A DNA stretch of 64,000 nt, taken from assembly GCA_963847225.1 (NCBI GenBank), contig CAWJYZ010000005.1, positions 745,648 through 809,647 on the forward strand, written 5' to 3'. Below are positions 46,247 through 56,800 of the stretch, in pieces (positions within the stretch are counted from its first letter, which is position 1; each line of letters begins with the position of its first letter). Source of the stretch: an uncultured bacterium (lineage in GTDB: Bacteria > Chloroflexota > Dormibacteria > Aeolococcales > Aeolococcaceae). A program made the translations under genes and the position numbers. Below the pieces are notes generated by a model. It worked only from the letters and a program-made list of their open reading frames with translations, made no database searches and was not told the origin of the DNA.

Positions 46247-46507
46247 ATGTGCCGAAGCATCAAGACGCTTCGCGGAGCGGACCCCCCGGCCACGAGCGCG
46301 GACATCGAGGCCGCCTCCCTGCAGTTCGTACGCAAGGTGTCCGGCTACCGCCACCCATCTGCCCGCAACCGCGAGGTCTTCGACCGTGCCGTTGCCCAGG
46401 TCGTGGACGCTGTCAGCGAGCTCTTGCAGGGGGTTGCGGGCCCGGCCGGGACGACGGCGGGGAAGGAGAAGCCCCTCCGCGAAGCCGTCCAGGCCGCCGG
46501 CCGGTAG
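46247..46507 (+). CDS. DUF2277 family protein
   Basis: MCRSIKTLRG..PPAT..IEAASLQFVRKVSG matches the conserved DUF2277 N-terminus. Confidence 0.7.
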   Translation: MCRSIKTLRGADPPATSADIEAASLQFVRKVSGYRHPSARNREVFDRAVAQVVDAVSELLQGVAGPAGTTAGKEKPLREAVQAAGR

Positions 46508-46645
46508 CGCGCGCCCTTCGCCGAGGTGCGGCGACGTTCCCCCCGCGTGGAGCAGCGGGTGGAGCAGCATCGCCGTGATCGGTTGGGAGAGGCGTCGAGA
46601 GGCGGCTCGAGATGAGCGGCCGGCAGGGAGTGGCTTTCCGCGCAA

Positions 46646-46688
46646 CCAAAACAACGGGGTGCCCACCGTCCTGGTGGACACCCCGTCG
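46646..46688 (-). terminator. Terminator-like hairpin with U-tract on minus strand
   Basis: ggggtgcccacc-gtcct-ggtggacacccc (12-bp stem, 1 mismatch). On the minus strand it is followed by TTGTTTTGGTTG. Confidence 0.45.
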
Positions 46689-46961
46689 AGCGCTCGGAGA
46701 CGTCGCAATCGCCGCTGGCGATCGCGTCTCCTGAAGTCAGTTCGGGCTGCCGGCGATCAGCAGACGCCCCCGGCGCAGGTCGGCACGCATTTCGAACAAT
46801 CAATCATCGGCAGGACCCTCCTTTTCTGGGAGTGCCCGATCGCCTCGATGCCGCGCAGCGTCGACTGATCGGTGCGGGGAAGCGACGGGCCGGAGACGCT
46901 GCCCATAGTCTACCGTCCGCCGGGGGGCACCGAACGGTCCGCGATCGCGGCGACACCCCGC

Positions 46962-47354
46962 CTACAGCCGCTCCCTGCCCGCGAAACCGATGTCGCGCGG
47001 GTGCCACCAGGCGACCTCCGCCTCGTCGAGCCGCCAGCAGAGGTAGACGGGCTGCCCGGCGCGGGTCGCCGGGAAGTCGCAGAGACCGCTCGCGGCGTCG
47101 CGGAGGATGACCCCCAGAGCCTCGATCTCGTCGAGGATCTCCTGGATAGCGGCCGCGGCGCGGAAGGCTCCGGCCGCCGCGGTGGGTGATCCGTTCGACT
47201 TTCCCGCCTGGGCCAGCTGGCGCCGCCCGGTGACCGCGGCCTCGGAGGTGGCCAACTCCTGGAGGCGGCCAATCAGCTCGCGAAGGCGGGGCAGCGCGGC
47301 GTCCGCCGCGGCCTTGTCGAAGAGGCGATCCGGTTCCGCGGGCACTGCAGCCAT
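46962..47354 (-). CDS. DUF2203 family protein
   Basis: ILDEIEALGVILRDAASGLCDFPATRAGQPVYLCWRLDEAEVAWWH matches DUF2203. Confidence 0.7.
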   Translation of the reverse strand: MAAVPAEPDRLFDKAAADAALPRLRELIGRLQELATSEAAVTGRRQLAQAGKSNGSPTAAAGAFRAAAAIQEILDEIEALGVILRDAASGLCDFPATRAGQPVYLCWRLDEAEVAWWHPRDIGFAGRERL

Positions 47355-47389
47355 GCTACGGGATCGCCCACGCGAACCGGTCCGAGCGT

Positions 47390-47857
47390 ATGCTGGCGCC
47401 TCGCCGCCGCCGGCCCCTCCCACCGGAGTCCCCTACGCTCAACTCCTTCAACGACGCTGTCGCGACCCTCGGTAGCGCTGGAGCTGCTGCCCTGCCTTGG
47501 TGGCTCGACGTGGAGACCAGCAACAGCTGGGAGACGCTGGAGAGTCGCTATGGCCAGACGGCCGCTTCGCAGGCCAACGACACCGCCGCTCTGCTGGGAG
47601 AGGTCGCCGGTCTCCAATCGCAGGGTGTCAAGAGCGTCGGCTTCTACTCGACGAGCTACCAGTGGGGTCAGATCACCGGAGGAGCGGGGACAACGGGGAC
47701 TCAGTTCAACCAGAATCCGGCGTGGCTCGCCGGCTACTCCTCGCTCAGCAGCGCCGCATCGGCGTGCGGTGCGAGCAGCTTCACCGGAGGACCGGTCGAC
47801 CTCACCCAGTACCCGTCCGGATCCTTCGACGCCGACGACGTCTGCCGCGCCCCATAG
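47390..47857 (+). CDS. Hypothetical protein (possible glycoside-hydrolase-like fragment)
   Basis: PWWLDVETSNSWE...VGFYSTSYQWGQITGG is reminiscent of Rv2525c/GH25-like domains, but it lacks an N-terminal half. Weak. Confidence 0.3.
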   Translation: MLAPRRRRPLPPESPTLNSFNDAVATLGSAGAAALPWWLDVETSNSWETLESRYGQTAASQANDTAALLGEVAGLQSQGVKSVGFYSTSYQWGQITGGAGTTGTQFNQNPAWLAGYSSLSSAASACGASSFTGGPVDLTQYPSGSFDADDVCRAP

Positions 47858-47929
47858 CGGTCAGCACGGTGCCCTGAAGGCTCCTGCGCTCGGATTCGGA
47901 GCCGGCGGCTCCAGCCCCTCGCTCCCCCC

Positions 47930-48379
47930 TCAGTAGATGCCGAGCTCCAGCTTGACCTCGTCGGAGGCCATGGTGCGCGGGTCCCAGGGCGGGTCCCAGA
48001 CGAGGTTGACGCGCACGTCCTCGACGCCGGGCAGCGGAACGCAGACGGCGTGAACCTGCGTCTCCAGGATGCTGCCCAGAGGGCAGTACGGCGAGGTGAG
48101 GGTCATGTCGACGGTGAGCAGCCCCTTCTCGTCGATGTTGCTCCCATAGACGAGACCGAGGGAGACGATGTCGATGCCGATCTCCGGGTCGTACACCTCG
48201 GAGAGGGCGTCGCGGATCATCTCCTCCGAGGCGCGCAGCGGATGGCCTTCCGGAGAGCCGGTGGCGGCCGAGGCTCCGTCACCCACGGACGTCACCGCCG
48301 GTTCGCCGCCAGCCGACGAGCCGCGCGCCGCCGGTTCGCCGCCAGCCCAGGCGGAGCTCTCGTTGCGATACTCGCTCAT
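47930..48379 (-). CDS. sufT: Fe-S cluster assembly protein SufT (DUF59/MIP18)
   Basis: DPEIGIDIVSLGLVY...TSPYCPL is the DUF59 signature. Confidence 0.75.
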   Translation of the reverse strand: MSEYRNESSAWAGGEPAARGSSAGGEPAVTSVGDGASAATGSPEGHPLRASEEMIRDALSEVYDPEIGIDIVSLGLVYGSNIDEKGLLTVDMTLTSPYCPLGSILETQVHAVCVPLPGVEDVRVNLVWDPPWDPRTMASDEVKLELGIY

Positions 48380-48870
48380 GCTGCCTCTCCTTCAGCGCCC
48401 GCAAGAGCCTGGAGCAGGGTGTTGCAGGCGAGGGTTGCGCATTTGATCCGCACCGGGTAGGCCTTCACCCCCCGGAGGGCCTCGAGGTCGCCGATCCCGT
48501 CGGCCTCACCGTCGGCCACCAGCATGTCGCGGTAGCGGAGGGCCAGCCGCTCGGCCTCCGGGCGGGGAAGCCCGGCAACCGCGTCGCAAAGCATGCTCGC
48601 CGCCGCCAGGCTGATCGAGCAGCCCTTGCCGGTGAACGCGACGTCCGCCAACCGATCACCCTCCAGGCGCCAGCTCAGCCGGATCTCATCCCCGCAGAGG
48701 GGGTTGTCCGCCTCCAGGGTCCCGCTGGCGCTGGCGACCTCCCCCCGGTGCCGGGGGTTGCGGTAGTGGTCGAGGATGATCTCTCGGAAGAGCTCGTCGT
48801 CGACTGCCGTAATCCCGACTTCCACACTCAGGATTGTACCCAGCCGGGCGGCGGGGCCAGCCCGGCCCAT
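48376..48870 (-). CDS. sufU: SufU/IscU-type Fe-S scaffold/sulfur acceptor
   Basis: LDHYRNPRH...CGDEIRL...GKGCSISLAAAS...CATLA conserved Cys set. The ATG giving MGRAGPA was verified. Confidence 0.8.
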   Translation of the reverse strand: MGRAGPAARLGTILSVEVGITAVDDELFREIILDHYRNPRHRGEVASASGTLEADNPLCGDEIRLSWRLEGDRLADVAFTGKGCSISLAAASMLCDAVAGLPRPEAERLALRYRDMLVADGEADGIGDLEALRGVKAYPVRIKCATLACNTLLQALAGAEGEAA

Positions 48871-48901
48871 GCCCCACGACCCGCTAGATTGGGTGACGAC
48901 C

Positions 48902-49996
48902 ATGACCACCCCCCTCACCGTGCTGCACGGCGACGAGACGGGCGAGGAGCTGCTCGTCGAGGCTCTCCGGGTGCTCGACGTCGGGGTCATCGGTGCCGAG
49001 CTGGCTTTCCGGCATTTTGACCTCAGCCTCGAAAGCCGCCGGGCCACCGCCAACCAGGTGGTGCACGACGCCAGCGCCGCCATGCGGGAGAGCGGCCACG
49101 GGCTCAAGGCGGCGACCATCACCCCGGAGGGACGGGACGATGTGGGCAGCCCCAACGCCATCCTCCGGGCCGAGGTCGGGGGCACCGTCATCCTCCGCAC
49201 GGGGCGCCGGATCCCCGGGGTGGTCCCCATCGCCGGGGTGAGCGCTCCGATCAGCGTGGTCCGGATGGCGGTGGGCGACGCCTACGGGGCGAGCGAATGG
49301 CGGGAGGGCAGCGGTGACGACGAACGCGCCTTCCGCCGAGAGAGCATCTCCCGCGCCGTGTGCCGCGAGGTCGCGGAGTTCGCCTTCGTGCATGCCGCGC
49401 GCAGCCGGGCCCGCGTTTTCGGGGGACCGAAGTTCACCGTCTCCCCGATCTACGAGGGAATGCTCAAAGAGGAGATGGATGCGGCCGCGGCCCGTCACCC
49501 CGATGTGGAGTACGAGCCACAGCTCATCGACGCCACCTACGCCCTGCTCCTCAACCAGGGCGGCGACGCTTTGGTGGTGCCGACCCTCAATCGCGACGGC
49601 GACTGCATGAGCGACCTGGTGCTGAGACTGTTCGGTTCGATCGCGGGGGCGGAGTCGCTCCTCATCGGTTTCTCCCGCGGATCGCTCACCCCGACGGTGG
49701 TGATGGCGGAGGCACCGCACGGGACCGCTCCACTGCTGCAGGGGAAGAATGTCGCCAACCCCATGGCCATGATCCTGGCCTGCGCCTCGCTCCTCGGGCT
49801 GATGCCGGATGACGAGCTGCGTCTCGCCTCCCGCGCCGTCTACGAGAGCGTCTTCGAGACGGTGCGCCGCGGCACGCGCACCGCGGACCTGGGTGGGAGC
49901 GCCACCACCAGCCACTTCACTGACGCCGTCATCGAGGCGGTGCGGGGCAAGCTCGAGGTGTGGCGATCCTTGGGGGCGAGCGTCCTGGGGACTTGA
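48902..49996 (+). CDS. Isocitrate/isopropylmalate dehydrogenase family protein
   Basis: N-terminal LTVLHGDETGEEL (ICDH-like) and C-terminal EAPHGTAPLLQGKNVANPMAMILA (HGSAPDIAGKxIANP motif). Confidence 0.7.
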   Translation: MTTPLTVLHGDETGEELLVEALRVLDVGVIGAELAFRHFDLSLESRRATANQVVHDASAAMRESGHGLKAATITPEGRDDVGSPNAILRAEVGGTVILRTGRRIPGVVPIAGVSAPISVVRMAVGDAYGASEWREGSGDDERAFRRESISRAVCREVAEFAFVHAARSRARVFGGPKFTVSPIYEGMLKEEMDAAAARHPDVEYEPQLIDATYALLLNQGGDALVVPTLNRDGDCMSDLVLRLFGSIAGAESLLIGFSRGSLTPTVVMAEAPHGTAPLLQGKNVANPMAMILACASLLGLMPDDELRLASRAVYESVFETVRRGTRTADLGGSATTSHFTDAVIEAVRGKLEVWRSLGASVLGT

Positions 49997-50126
49997 GCGG
50001 TCATCGCTCCGCCTGCCGTGGATTGACGAGCGCGACATCGGTGGGCTGGAAGTCCGCATCACCAGCTTGATGGAATGCTGGGCTGCCGTTGGCGAGGCTT
50101 GGTTGGAGTTCGGCCGGTGCCTGCGC

Positions 50127-53100
50127 TCAGGCGGGGACCGAGGCGGACGCCTCGACCGGGTTCAGGCCCTCGGCTCCCTCCGCTCTCGCCGGCGGGAGGA
50201 CGCGATCCGTCCGGTCGACGTACGGCTGGGCCCCGAGCTCCGTGAAGGTCCGGCGGGCCTGGGCGATGAGCTCCTCGGCTTGGCGAAGCCGCCCCGCGCG
50301 GGCCAGCACTTCGCCAAGCTCCATGCGTGCCACGGCGGACCAGAAAGGTCGGCTCAGGCTGTCAAAGGCCTCGGCGGCCTGGCGCAGGTGGGTCTCGGCC
50401 TCCTCGGCGTCGCCACGCCTTTCGGCAAGACGGCCGGTCCAGCGCAGCAGGTGGGCGTCGATGGACGGCTGCGCGCCGGCCCGAATGTTGCGGCGCATGA
50501 GGTCGATCAACTCCTGGACCTTGCTCTCCTGGTCGAGGGTGAAGGCCGCTTCAACGGCCTCGACGAGCGCCTGCCGCAGGGAGACGAGGGACGACTGTTC
50601 GATGCTGGCGCGCAGGGTGTCCTCGGCGAGAGCCAGGGCCTGGCCCGCCTCCCCCTCCGCGTTGAGCACCGCCGCTTGAGCCGCATCGAAGTACCAGCGG
50701 TCCTGCCCGGTGGTCGCCTTCTGCAGGGTGGAGCCGGAGGAGTTGAGGAGGCCATGAGCGGCGAGCACGTCGCCCTGTCGCAGATGCAGCCACAGCGCGG
50801 TGAGCGAGGTGGCGGCGACGAAGGTGGACTGACTGAGCTCCGCCACGTCGTCTTCCGAGTACCCCGCGAAGATGGATCTGCAGGCGTCCCACCGGCCGAG
50901 CTCGAAGAGTGGAGCCATGCAGTTCAGCTTGTTGCCCCACATCACGGGCCGATCGCCGATGCGCTCGGCAAGCTCGGCACCCTGCTCGTAGACGGCGAGC
51001 GCGTCCTCCATACGGTCGGCCTCCTCCAGGCGTGTGGCCAGGTACGAGCAGGCGCGTGCCGCTTGTTCAGGCAGGTCGTGGTCGAGGGCGACGTTGAGGG
51101 CACCCTGAAAGAGGAGCTCGGCCTCCATGAGGCGGCCCTGGGTCTGCAGGATGCCGCCCTTCGTGTCGAGGCTCCGCGAGAGGAGGTCCCAGGAACCCAG
51201 CTCCTCGGCGATCTCCAGTGCTCGCTCGATGTGCTCCAGTGCGACGGTGAACTCACCACGGAAAAACGCCATGCTGGCAACGCTGCTCTCGGCGTTGCCC
51301 AGGAAGCCCCGGTGCTCCTCCCGGGTGGCGCCCTGCAGGCCCTGGAGTGCCTTCTCGCCGCGGGGGACGGCGGCGTCGCTGTCCCCCTCCCGGAACTCCA
51401 GGCGGGCGAGCTCGGTGAGGGCCGCGGCTCCCTCCATCGGCAGACCAGCCGTGGCGAAGGATTCGGCCGCCTGGCGCAGATGGGACCTCGCCTCGACACC
51501 ACGACCCTTGCGCGCCGCTGCCCTGCCGGCTTTGGCGTGCAATTCTGCGCGGAGGGCGGCGTCGTCAATCAGCTCGAGAGCCTGTTCGTAGTAGCGCTGC
51601 GCGGAGGCCGGAGCGCTCAGGGAGTTGGCGTGTTCGCCCGCTCTGATCAGCCCTCGGGTGGCCCGGTCGCGGATCTCCGGCGCGTCCTCCGCGTCAGGGT
51701 CCGCTCGGTAGGCGGCGACCAGATGCGAAGCCACCACCTCGGTGATGTCCTCTCCCTCCTGCCAGGCGCTCTGCAGGTGAGCGGCCGCTGCGAGGTGGCG
51801 CAACTTGCACTCGCGTCTCGCCAGGGTGGCGTAGGCCACGCTCCGCACCAGGTCCTGAACGAACACGTACTGGCCGCGCTCCGGCGAGCGAGGGTCGGAC
51901 TGGATGGCGAGCAGGTCCTTGCTGACCAAGCCGGTCAAGAGCCGCGCCAGCTCGCTCTCCTCGCTCCCGTTCACCGCGGAGAGAGCCGCCGCGGTGAAAG
52001 ACTTGCCAAGCACGGACGCGTCCTGGAGCACCTGCCGCTCGGGAAGGCTCAGATGGTCGAGCCGGGCCGCCACCAGGGCATGCAGGCTCTCCGGCACCTC
52101 CAGAGCCTGCAGCGACCCCTCGAGACGGTACTTCCCCTGGGACTCCACGAGAAGGCCACGGTCGAGAAGCATGCGCACCGTCTCCACGGCGTAGAGGGGG
52201 ATGCCGGCTGCCCGCTCCCGGATGCGGGCGGCGACGTCGGCGGGAAGCCCCGGCACGAGGCCGTCGAGCAGCTCGGTCATGGCCTCGGAGGAGAGCGGCT
52301 CGAGGTAGAGGGAGGCCAGTCCGCGCTTTCCCGTGCCCCACCCCGGGCGCCGCTCGCTCAGCTCAGGGCGGGCCAGGGTGATGACGAGGATGGGGGTGCT
52401 TCGCGACCAGTCAAGGAGGTACTCGATGAAGTCGAGGAGCCCGCCGTCGGCCCACTGGAGATCCTCGAAGACCATGACGGTCAGGCTGTGCGCGGCGACG
52501 CGCTCGAAGAAGACGCGCCAAGCCGCGTACAGGTCTCGTGGGTCCCCGAGGCTCACCTCCTCGAGCCCGACGAGGTGAGCCAGCCGAGGCTCCACCCAGC
52601 GCCGCTCCTCCTCCTCGGCGACAAAGTCGAGGATGGTTGCGTGGAGCTTGTCGCGCGCCGATTCGGTCGCCTCGTTCTCAGCGATCCCCGCACGCATCCG
52701 CACCATCTCCGCCAGGGCGGAGTACGCAACTCCCTCTCCATAGGCGAGGCAGCGGCCGCGATGCCAGTAGATGGTCTCGGTCAGGCCGTCGACGTATTTG
52801 AAGAACTCCCAGGCGAGGCGGGACTTGCCCACCCCGGCCATGCCCACGATGGAGAGGAGCCGGGCCCGGGCCTCCTCGCCGGTGCCGTGCAGGAACTCCT
52901 TGAGAAGGCGGAGCTCCCGGTCGCGGCCCACGAAGGGGGGCTCCAGGCCGGAGGGGCGGAGCGCCCCGCCGCGGGCCGCGACCACCCGGGCCGCTTGCCA
53001 CAGCCGGATGGGCTCCGGCTTGCCCTTCAGCTGATGCTTGCCGGTGTCCTCGTAGACGATGGCGGCCTCGGTCGCCTGGCGGGTGGCGTCGCCGACGTAG

Positions 53101-53768
53101 ACCATCCCCGGCTCCGCAGCCGCCTGTACCCGCGATGCCGTGTTGACCAGATCTCCGGCGACCATGCCCTCGCCGCTCGCGCCGACGTTCACCGCCACCT
53201 CGCCGGTCATGACCCCGGCACGGGCCGTCAGCCCGGGGATCCCGAGCTCCTGCCCGAAGACCGCCACGGAGTCGACGAGCTCGAGGGCGGCGCGGACGGC
53301 TCGCTCCGCTCCGTCCTCGAGGGCCCTCGGGGCTCCCCATACCGCCATCACGGCGTCGCCGATGAACTTCTCGACGGTTCCGCCGTAGCGTCCGATGACG
53401 GTGCGAGCCCTCTCGAAGTACTGGCTGAGCAGGTCGCGCACCTCCTCGGCATCGCGCCGGTCGGAGAGTGCGGTGAAGCCGACGAGATCGGCGAACAGCA
53501 CCGTGACGTGGCGCCGCTCTGGAGCAGGCTGCTCGGAGCGCACCCCGCCCGGCGTGGGCCCGGCGCGAACCCCAGGGGGGCTCATCGCCGCGGGCGCAAC
53601 GATCGCCGCAGGGGCCTCCCCGAGCGCCACCCCGCATTCACCGCAGAACCGATCCTCCGCGCCGTTGGCAGCGCCACAGGACGGGCAGAGGCGCTCCAGC
53701 GGAGCGCCGCAGCTGCCGCAGAACCGCCGGCCCGGTCGGTTCTCCGCGCCGCAGGCCTGGCAGTTCAT
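50127..53768 (-). CDS. Zinc-ribbon / class III adenylate cyclase / STAND (AAA_16) ATPase / TPR multidomain protein
   Basis: MNCQACGAENRPGRRFCGSCGAPL..CPSCGAANG double zinc ribbon. The cyclase has metal Asp motifs (VLFADLVGFT, EKFIGDAVMAV), a substrate Lys and Asp (AGDLVNTASR), and the N...R transition-state pair. Walker A IVGMAGVGKSRLAWE. The C-terminal ~600 aa are TPR-like helical repeats. The ATG was verified. Confidence 0.8.
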   Translation of the reverse strand: MNCQACGAENRPGRRFCGSCGAPLERLCPSCGAANGAEDRFCGECGVALGEAPAAIVAPAAMSPPGVRAGPTPGGVRSEQPAPERRHVTVLFADLVGFTALSDRRDAEEVRDLLSQYFERARTVIGRYGGTVEKFIGDAVMAVWGAPRALEDGAERAVRAALELVDSVAVFGQELGIPGLTARAGVMTGEVAVNVGASGEGMVAGDLVNTASRVQAAAEPGMVYVGDATRQATEAAIVYEDTGKHQLKGKPEPIRLWQAARVVAARGGALRPSGLEPPFVGRDRELRLLKEFLHGTGEEARARLLSIVGMAGVGKSRLAWEFFKYVDGLTETIYWHRGRCLAYGEGVAYSALAEMVRMRAGIAENEATESARDKLHATILDFVAEEEERRWVEPRLAHLVGLEEVSLGDPRDLYAAWRVFFERVAAHSLTVMVFEDLQWADGGLLDFIEYLLDWSRSTPILVITLARPELSERRPGWGTGKRGLASLYLEPLSSEAMTELLDGLVPGLPADVAARIRERAAGIPLYAVETVRMLLDRGLLVESQGKYRLEGSLQALEVPESLHALVAARLDHLSLPERQVLQDASVLGKSFTAAALSAVNGSEESELARLLTGLVSKDLLAIQSDPRSPERGQYVFVQDLVRSVAYATLARRECKLRHLAAAAHLQSAWQEGEDITEVVASHLVAAYRADPDAEDAPEIRDRATRGLIRAGEHANSLSAPASAQRYYEQALELIDDAALRAELHAKAGRAAARKGRGVEARSHLRQAAESFATAGLPMEGAAALTELARLEFREGDSDAAVPRGEKALQGLQGATREEHRGFLGNAESSVASMAFFRGEFTVALEHIERALEIAEELGSWDLLSRSLDTKGGILQTQGRLMEAELLFQGALNVALDHDLPEQAARACSYLATRLEEADRMEDALAVYEQGAELAERIGDRPVMWGNKLNCMAPLFELGRWDACRSIFAGYSEDDVAELSQSTFVAATSLTALWLHLRQGDVLAAHGLLNSSGSTLQKATTGQDRWYFDAAQAAVLNAEGEAGQALALAEDTLRASIEQSSLVSLRQALVEAVEAAFTLDQESKVQELIDLMRRNIRAGAQPSIDAHLLRWTGRLAERRGDAEEAETHLRQAAEAFDSLSRPFWSAVARMELGEVLARAGRLRQAEELIAQARRTFTELGAQPYVDRTDRVLPPARAEGAEGLNPVEASASVPA

Positions 53769-53823
53769 CGCGGGGAGTGTACGACGCCCCTCTGAGAGGG
53801 AAGGGTGCCGTTGCCCACCCGCA

Positions 53824-56800
53824 TCAGGACTGCGCGCTGACCGCAGCCCTGCCTCGGGCTCGAACCGTCGTCCGCAGGATCTGCGGGCGATCGATGGCAC
53901 CTGCTCCCCGGAGCCGCTCCATGGCGCGCAGGGCACGGGCCGCGGACACCGTGTTGCCCTTCTTCTCGAAGAGGGGGATGGCCTCGGCCAGCGCAGCCTC
54001 GGCCTCTCCAGGCTTCCCGGCTGCCTCCAGCACCTCCGCGAGCCCGACGAGGGCGTCACCCTGGACGTCGGGTTGATCGGTGGTGCGAATCACCCGGACG
54101 GCCTCATGGGCCATCTCCTCGGCCTCTCCGGGTCGACCCTGCACGGCCAGTAGCTTGGCCTGGATGCAGCGCCACTGGTACTGGGCGCCAACGTCGTGTG
54201 GCGCCGCCAGATCGTGGCAAACGCCAGCAAACGTCGAGGCCTCCTCGTCGCGGCCCTGCGCGTGCAGGACCTCGGCGAGCAGCCCGGCGACAGTGGGCGT
54301 GTACCCCTTGTCGCCCATCGCAGTCAGCGCCTCGTAGTCGGCGCGAAGCTCGGACTCAGCGCGATCCAGGTCGCCGGCCAGCATCTCCGCCGGTCCCGAG
54401 TGCAGCGAGGTGATCGCGGCACTCAGGCTGAAGCCGAGCTCAGTCAGCATCTTTCGGCTGCGCTGGTAGAGATCCCGGGCCAGCTCGGCGCTTCCGCACA
54501 TGGCTTGCAGGTGACTCATCGCCGAGAAGGTCATCGCCTCAGTTCTGCGATCCCCGGCCCCTCGACCCAGGATCTCTTGGCAGCGGTCGAGGGCGTCCGA
54601 GACCGGGGTGGCGCTGTAGACGACGCAGGAAGCGAGCGCGGAGAGCATGCGGATCTCGAACACGCGGCTGGAACCGAGCTCGGCTTCGTGGATTGCCTGG
54701 GTTACGGCTTCCTCGGCGCGACTGAACTGTCCTTCATAAAAGTGCACGTAAGCCATGAGCCGCCAGGCGCGAGCGAGACCCTCGTGCGAGCCGGTCCGCT
54801 CCAGCTCCCTGATGGCCTGCTCGCACTCCGCGGCGACGGCCGCCGCCGGCTCGTTCTCCGGCGCGGACAGGAACCGCCACATCCGCCGCACCACCGACGC
54901 GACGATGGCAAAGGCGGGCCTGTCTTGCGCCCGGGCGCGCTCCTCCGTGGTGATGAGGGCTTCTTCGGCCGCCTGAAACTGCCCCATCTCGCCCAGGGCC
55001 TCGCCGATATGCAGGAGCCACCGTGGCGCCTCTCTTCCATGGGGGTCGAGGGTCGCGGCGCGGTGCAGCAGGGTGGCCGTCGCCGGCACGTCACCGCTCG
55101 ATCGGGCCCGCTCGCCAGCCGCCGCCAAATGCGTCGCCCCGCGCCGGCCCACGGTCTTGCCCCGCTCGTCGACGGGACCGAGCTGCGCCAGCGTCAGGCA
55201 GGCCTGCTCCAGGTGATAGCCGCAGACCTCGTCCAGCTCTCCCGAATGCTCGGAGGGATTGGCCTCGAGCCAATCGGCGAACCGCTCGTGCAGGTCAACC
55301 CGAGTCCGCTTCAGGAGGCCCTGGTAGGCAGCGTCGCGGATCAGCGCGTGGTCGAAGCGGAACGCCCGCTGCCCCGGGGATCCGGCCTCCACGGGGGTCA
55401 CCAGCTCTCGTCTGACAAGGCCATCCAGGCTCGCCCCCGCCTGGGGACGGAGCTCGTCGGAGCAGAGAGCCTCCACCGCCGGCTGCAGGAACAGCTGACC
55501 GATGACCGCCCCGCGCTCCAGGACGCTGCGGTCCGTGGCGCCCAGCCGGTCGAGGCGGGCAGCCAGCAGGGCTGTGATGCTGGGAGGCACGGCCAGCGAC
55601 GAGAGATCGGCAGCCGCCACCCAGCCGGTCCCCTCGCGGCGGATGAGCCCGTCATCGATCATCATGGAGAGCATCTGCTCGACGAAGAGCGGATTCCCTG
55701 CCGCTGCCTCGATGATCCGGCGGCGAGGCGCCTCGGCGAGCGTGCCGTCGCCGAGAAGATTGCACACCACCTCCCCGCTCTCCACCTCGCTCAAGGGGCT
55801 GAGGATCAGCACCTGAGCGCCATCTCTGCTCTCGCCCCATCCCGGCTGCTGATCCAACAGCTCGGGGCGCGCAGAGCAGAGGAGCAGGAGCGCTGGTGCG
55901 TCCGAGCCGGGCTCAGCAAGGTATCGAAGGAGATCCAGGAAGGTGAGCTCTGCCCAGTGGATGTCCTCGATCCTCGCCACCACCGGGCCGGTGTGGCTGA
56001 GCGCTGCGATGAGCTGCCGGGTGGCCCAGAACGTCTCTCGAACCGGGAAGGTGGCCTCCCCCAGCCCGAGCACCGCCGCCAGCCTCTCGGTGACGTCCGG
56101 TGCCTCGCCCCCGACGAGCTGATCGAGCTTTGTCCGAGCTGCCTCCGCGTCGTCCGCATCGGTGATCCCGGCGGCATCCCGGACCATCTCGGCGAGCGGC
56201 CCAAAGCTGCCCTCGCCGTAGGAGAGGCACCTCCCGTGCAGCACTCGCGCCTTGTCCGCAGCCCGTTCGAGGAACTCCTGGATCAGCCGGGATTTGCCGG
56301 TGCCGGCGGGGGCGAGGACGGTCACCATCTGGGGGGAGCCGAGGCTCGACACCCGGGCCAGGGCCTCGACCATCGCGTTCAGCTCCGCGCTGCGTCCGAC
56401 CAGTGGGGTGTCGGCGCGGCGGGCCACCCCTTCGCGCCGGCTCACCCCCCGGAGGCGATAGGCGGGGATGCGCTCGGACTTTCCCTTCAGCTCCAGCGGC
56501 TCCACCGGCTCAACGTCGACGGCGTCGCGGACCAGGCGGTAGGTCGGCTCTCCGATCAGGGTTTCCAGGGGCGGGGCCGCCTGCTCCAGCCGGGCGGCGA
56601 CGTTGACGGCGTCGCCGGTCACCAGCCGCTGTCCTGGTGCTGGCTGGCCCGCGATGACCTCGCCGGTGTTCACGCCCGTGCGGTTCTGGAGAGCCACACC
56701 CCAGCGGGCCGCGAGATGGTCGTTGAGCTTCTTCAGCTCCTCCTGCATCTCGTACGCAGCACGGACCGCCCGCACGGCGTCGTCCTCGTGGACGCGGTTG

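Noticed and set aside
49809-53795. 1328-aa ORF on plus strand
   Set aside because: Antisense to the well-supported cyclase-STAND gene. Its composition is dominated by G/R/A/E, as expected from a stop-poor frame in high-GC DNA.
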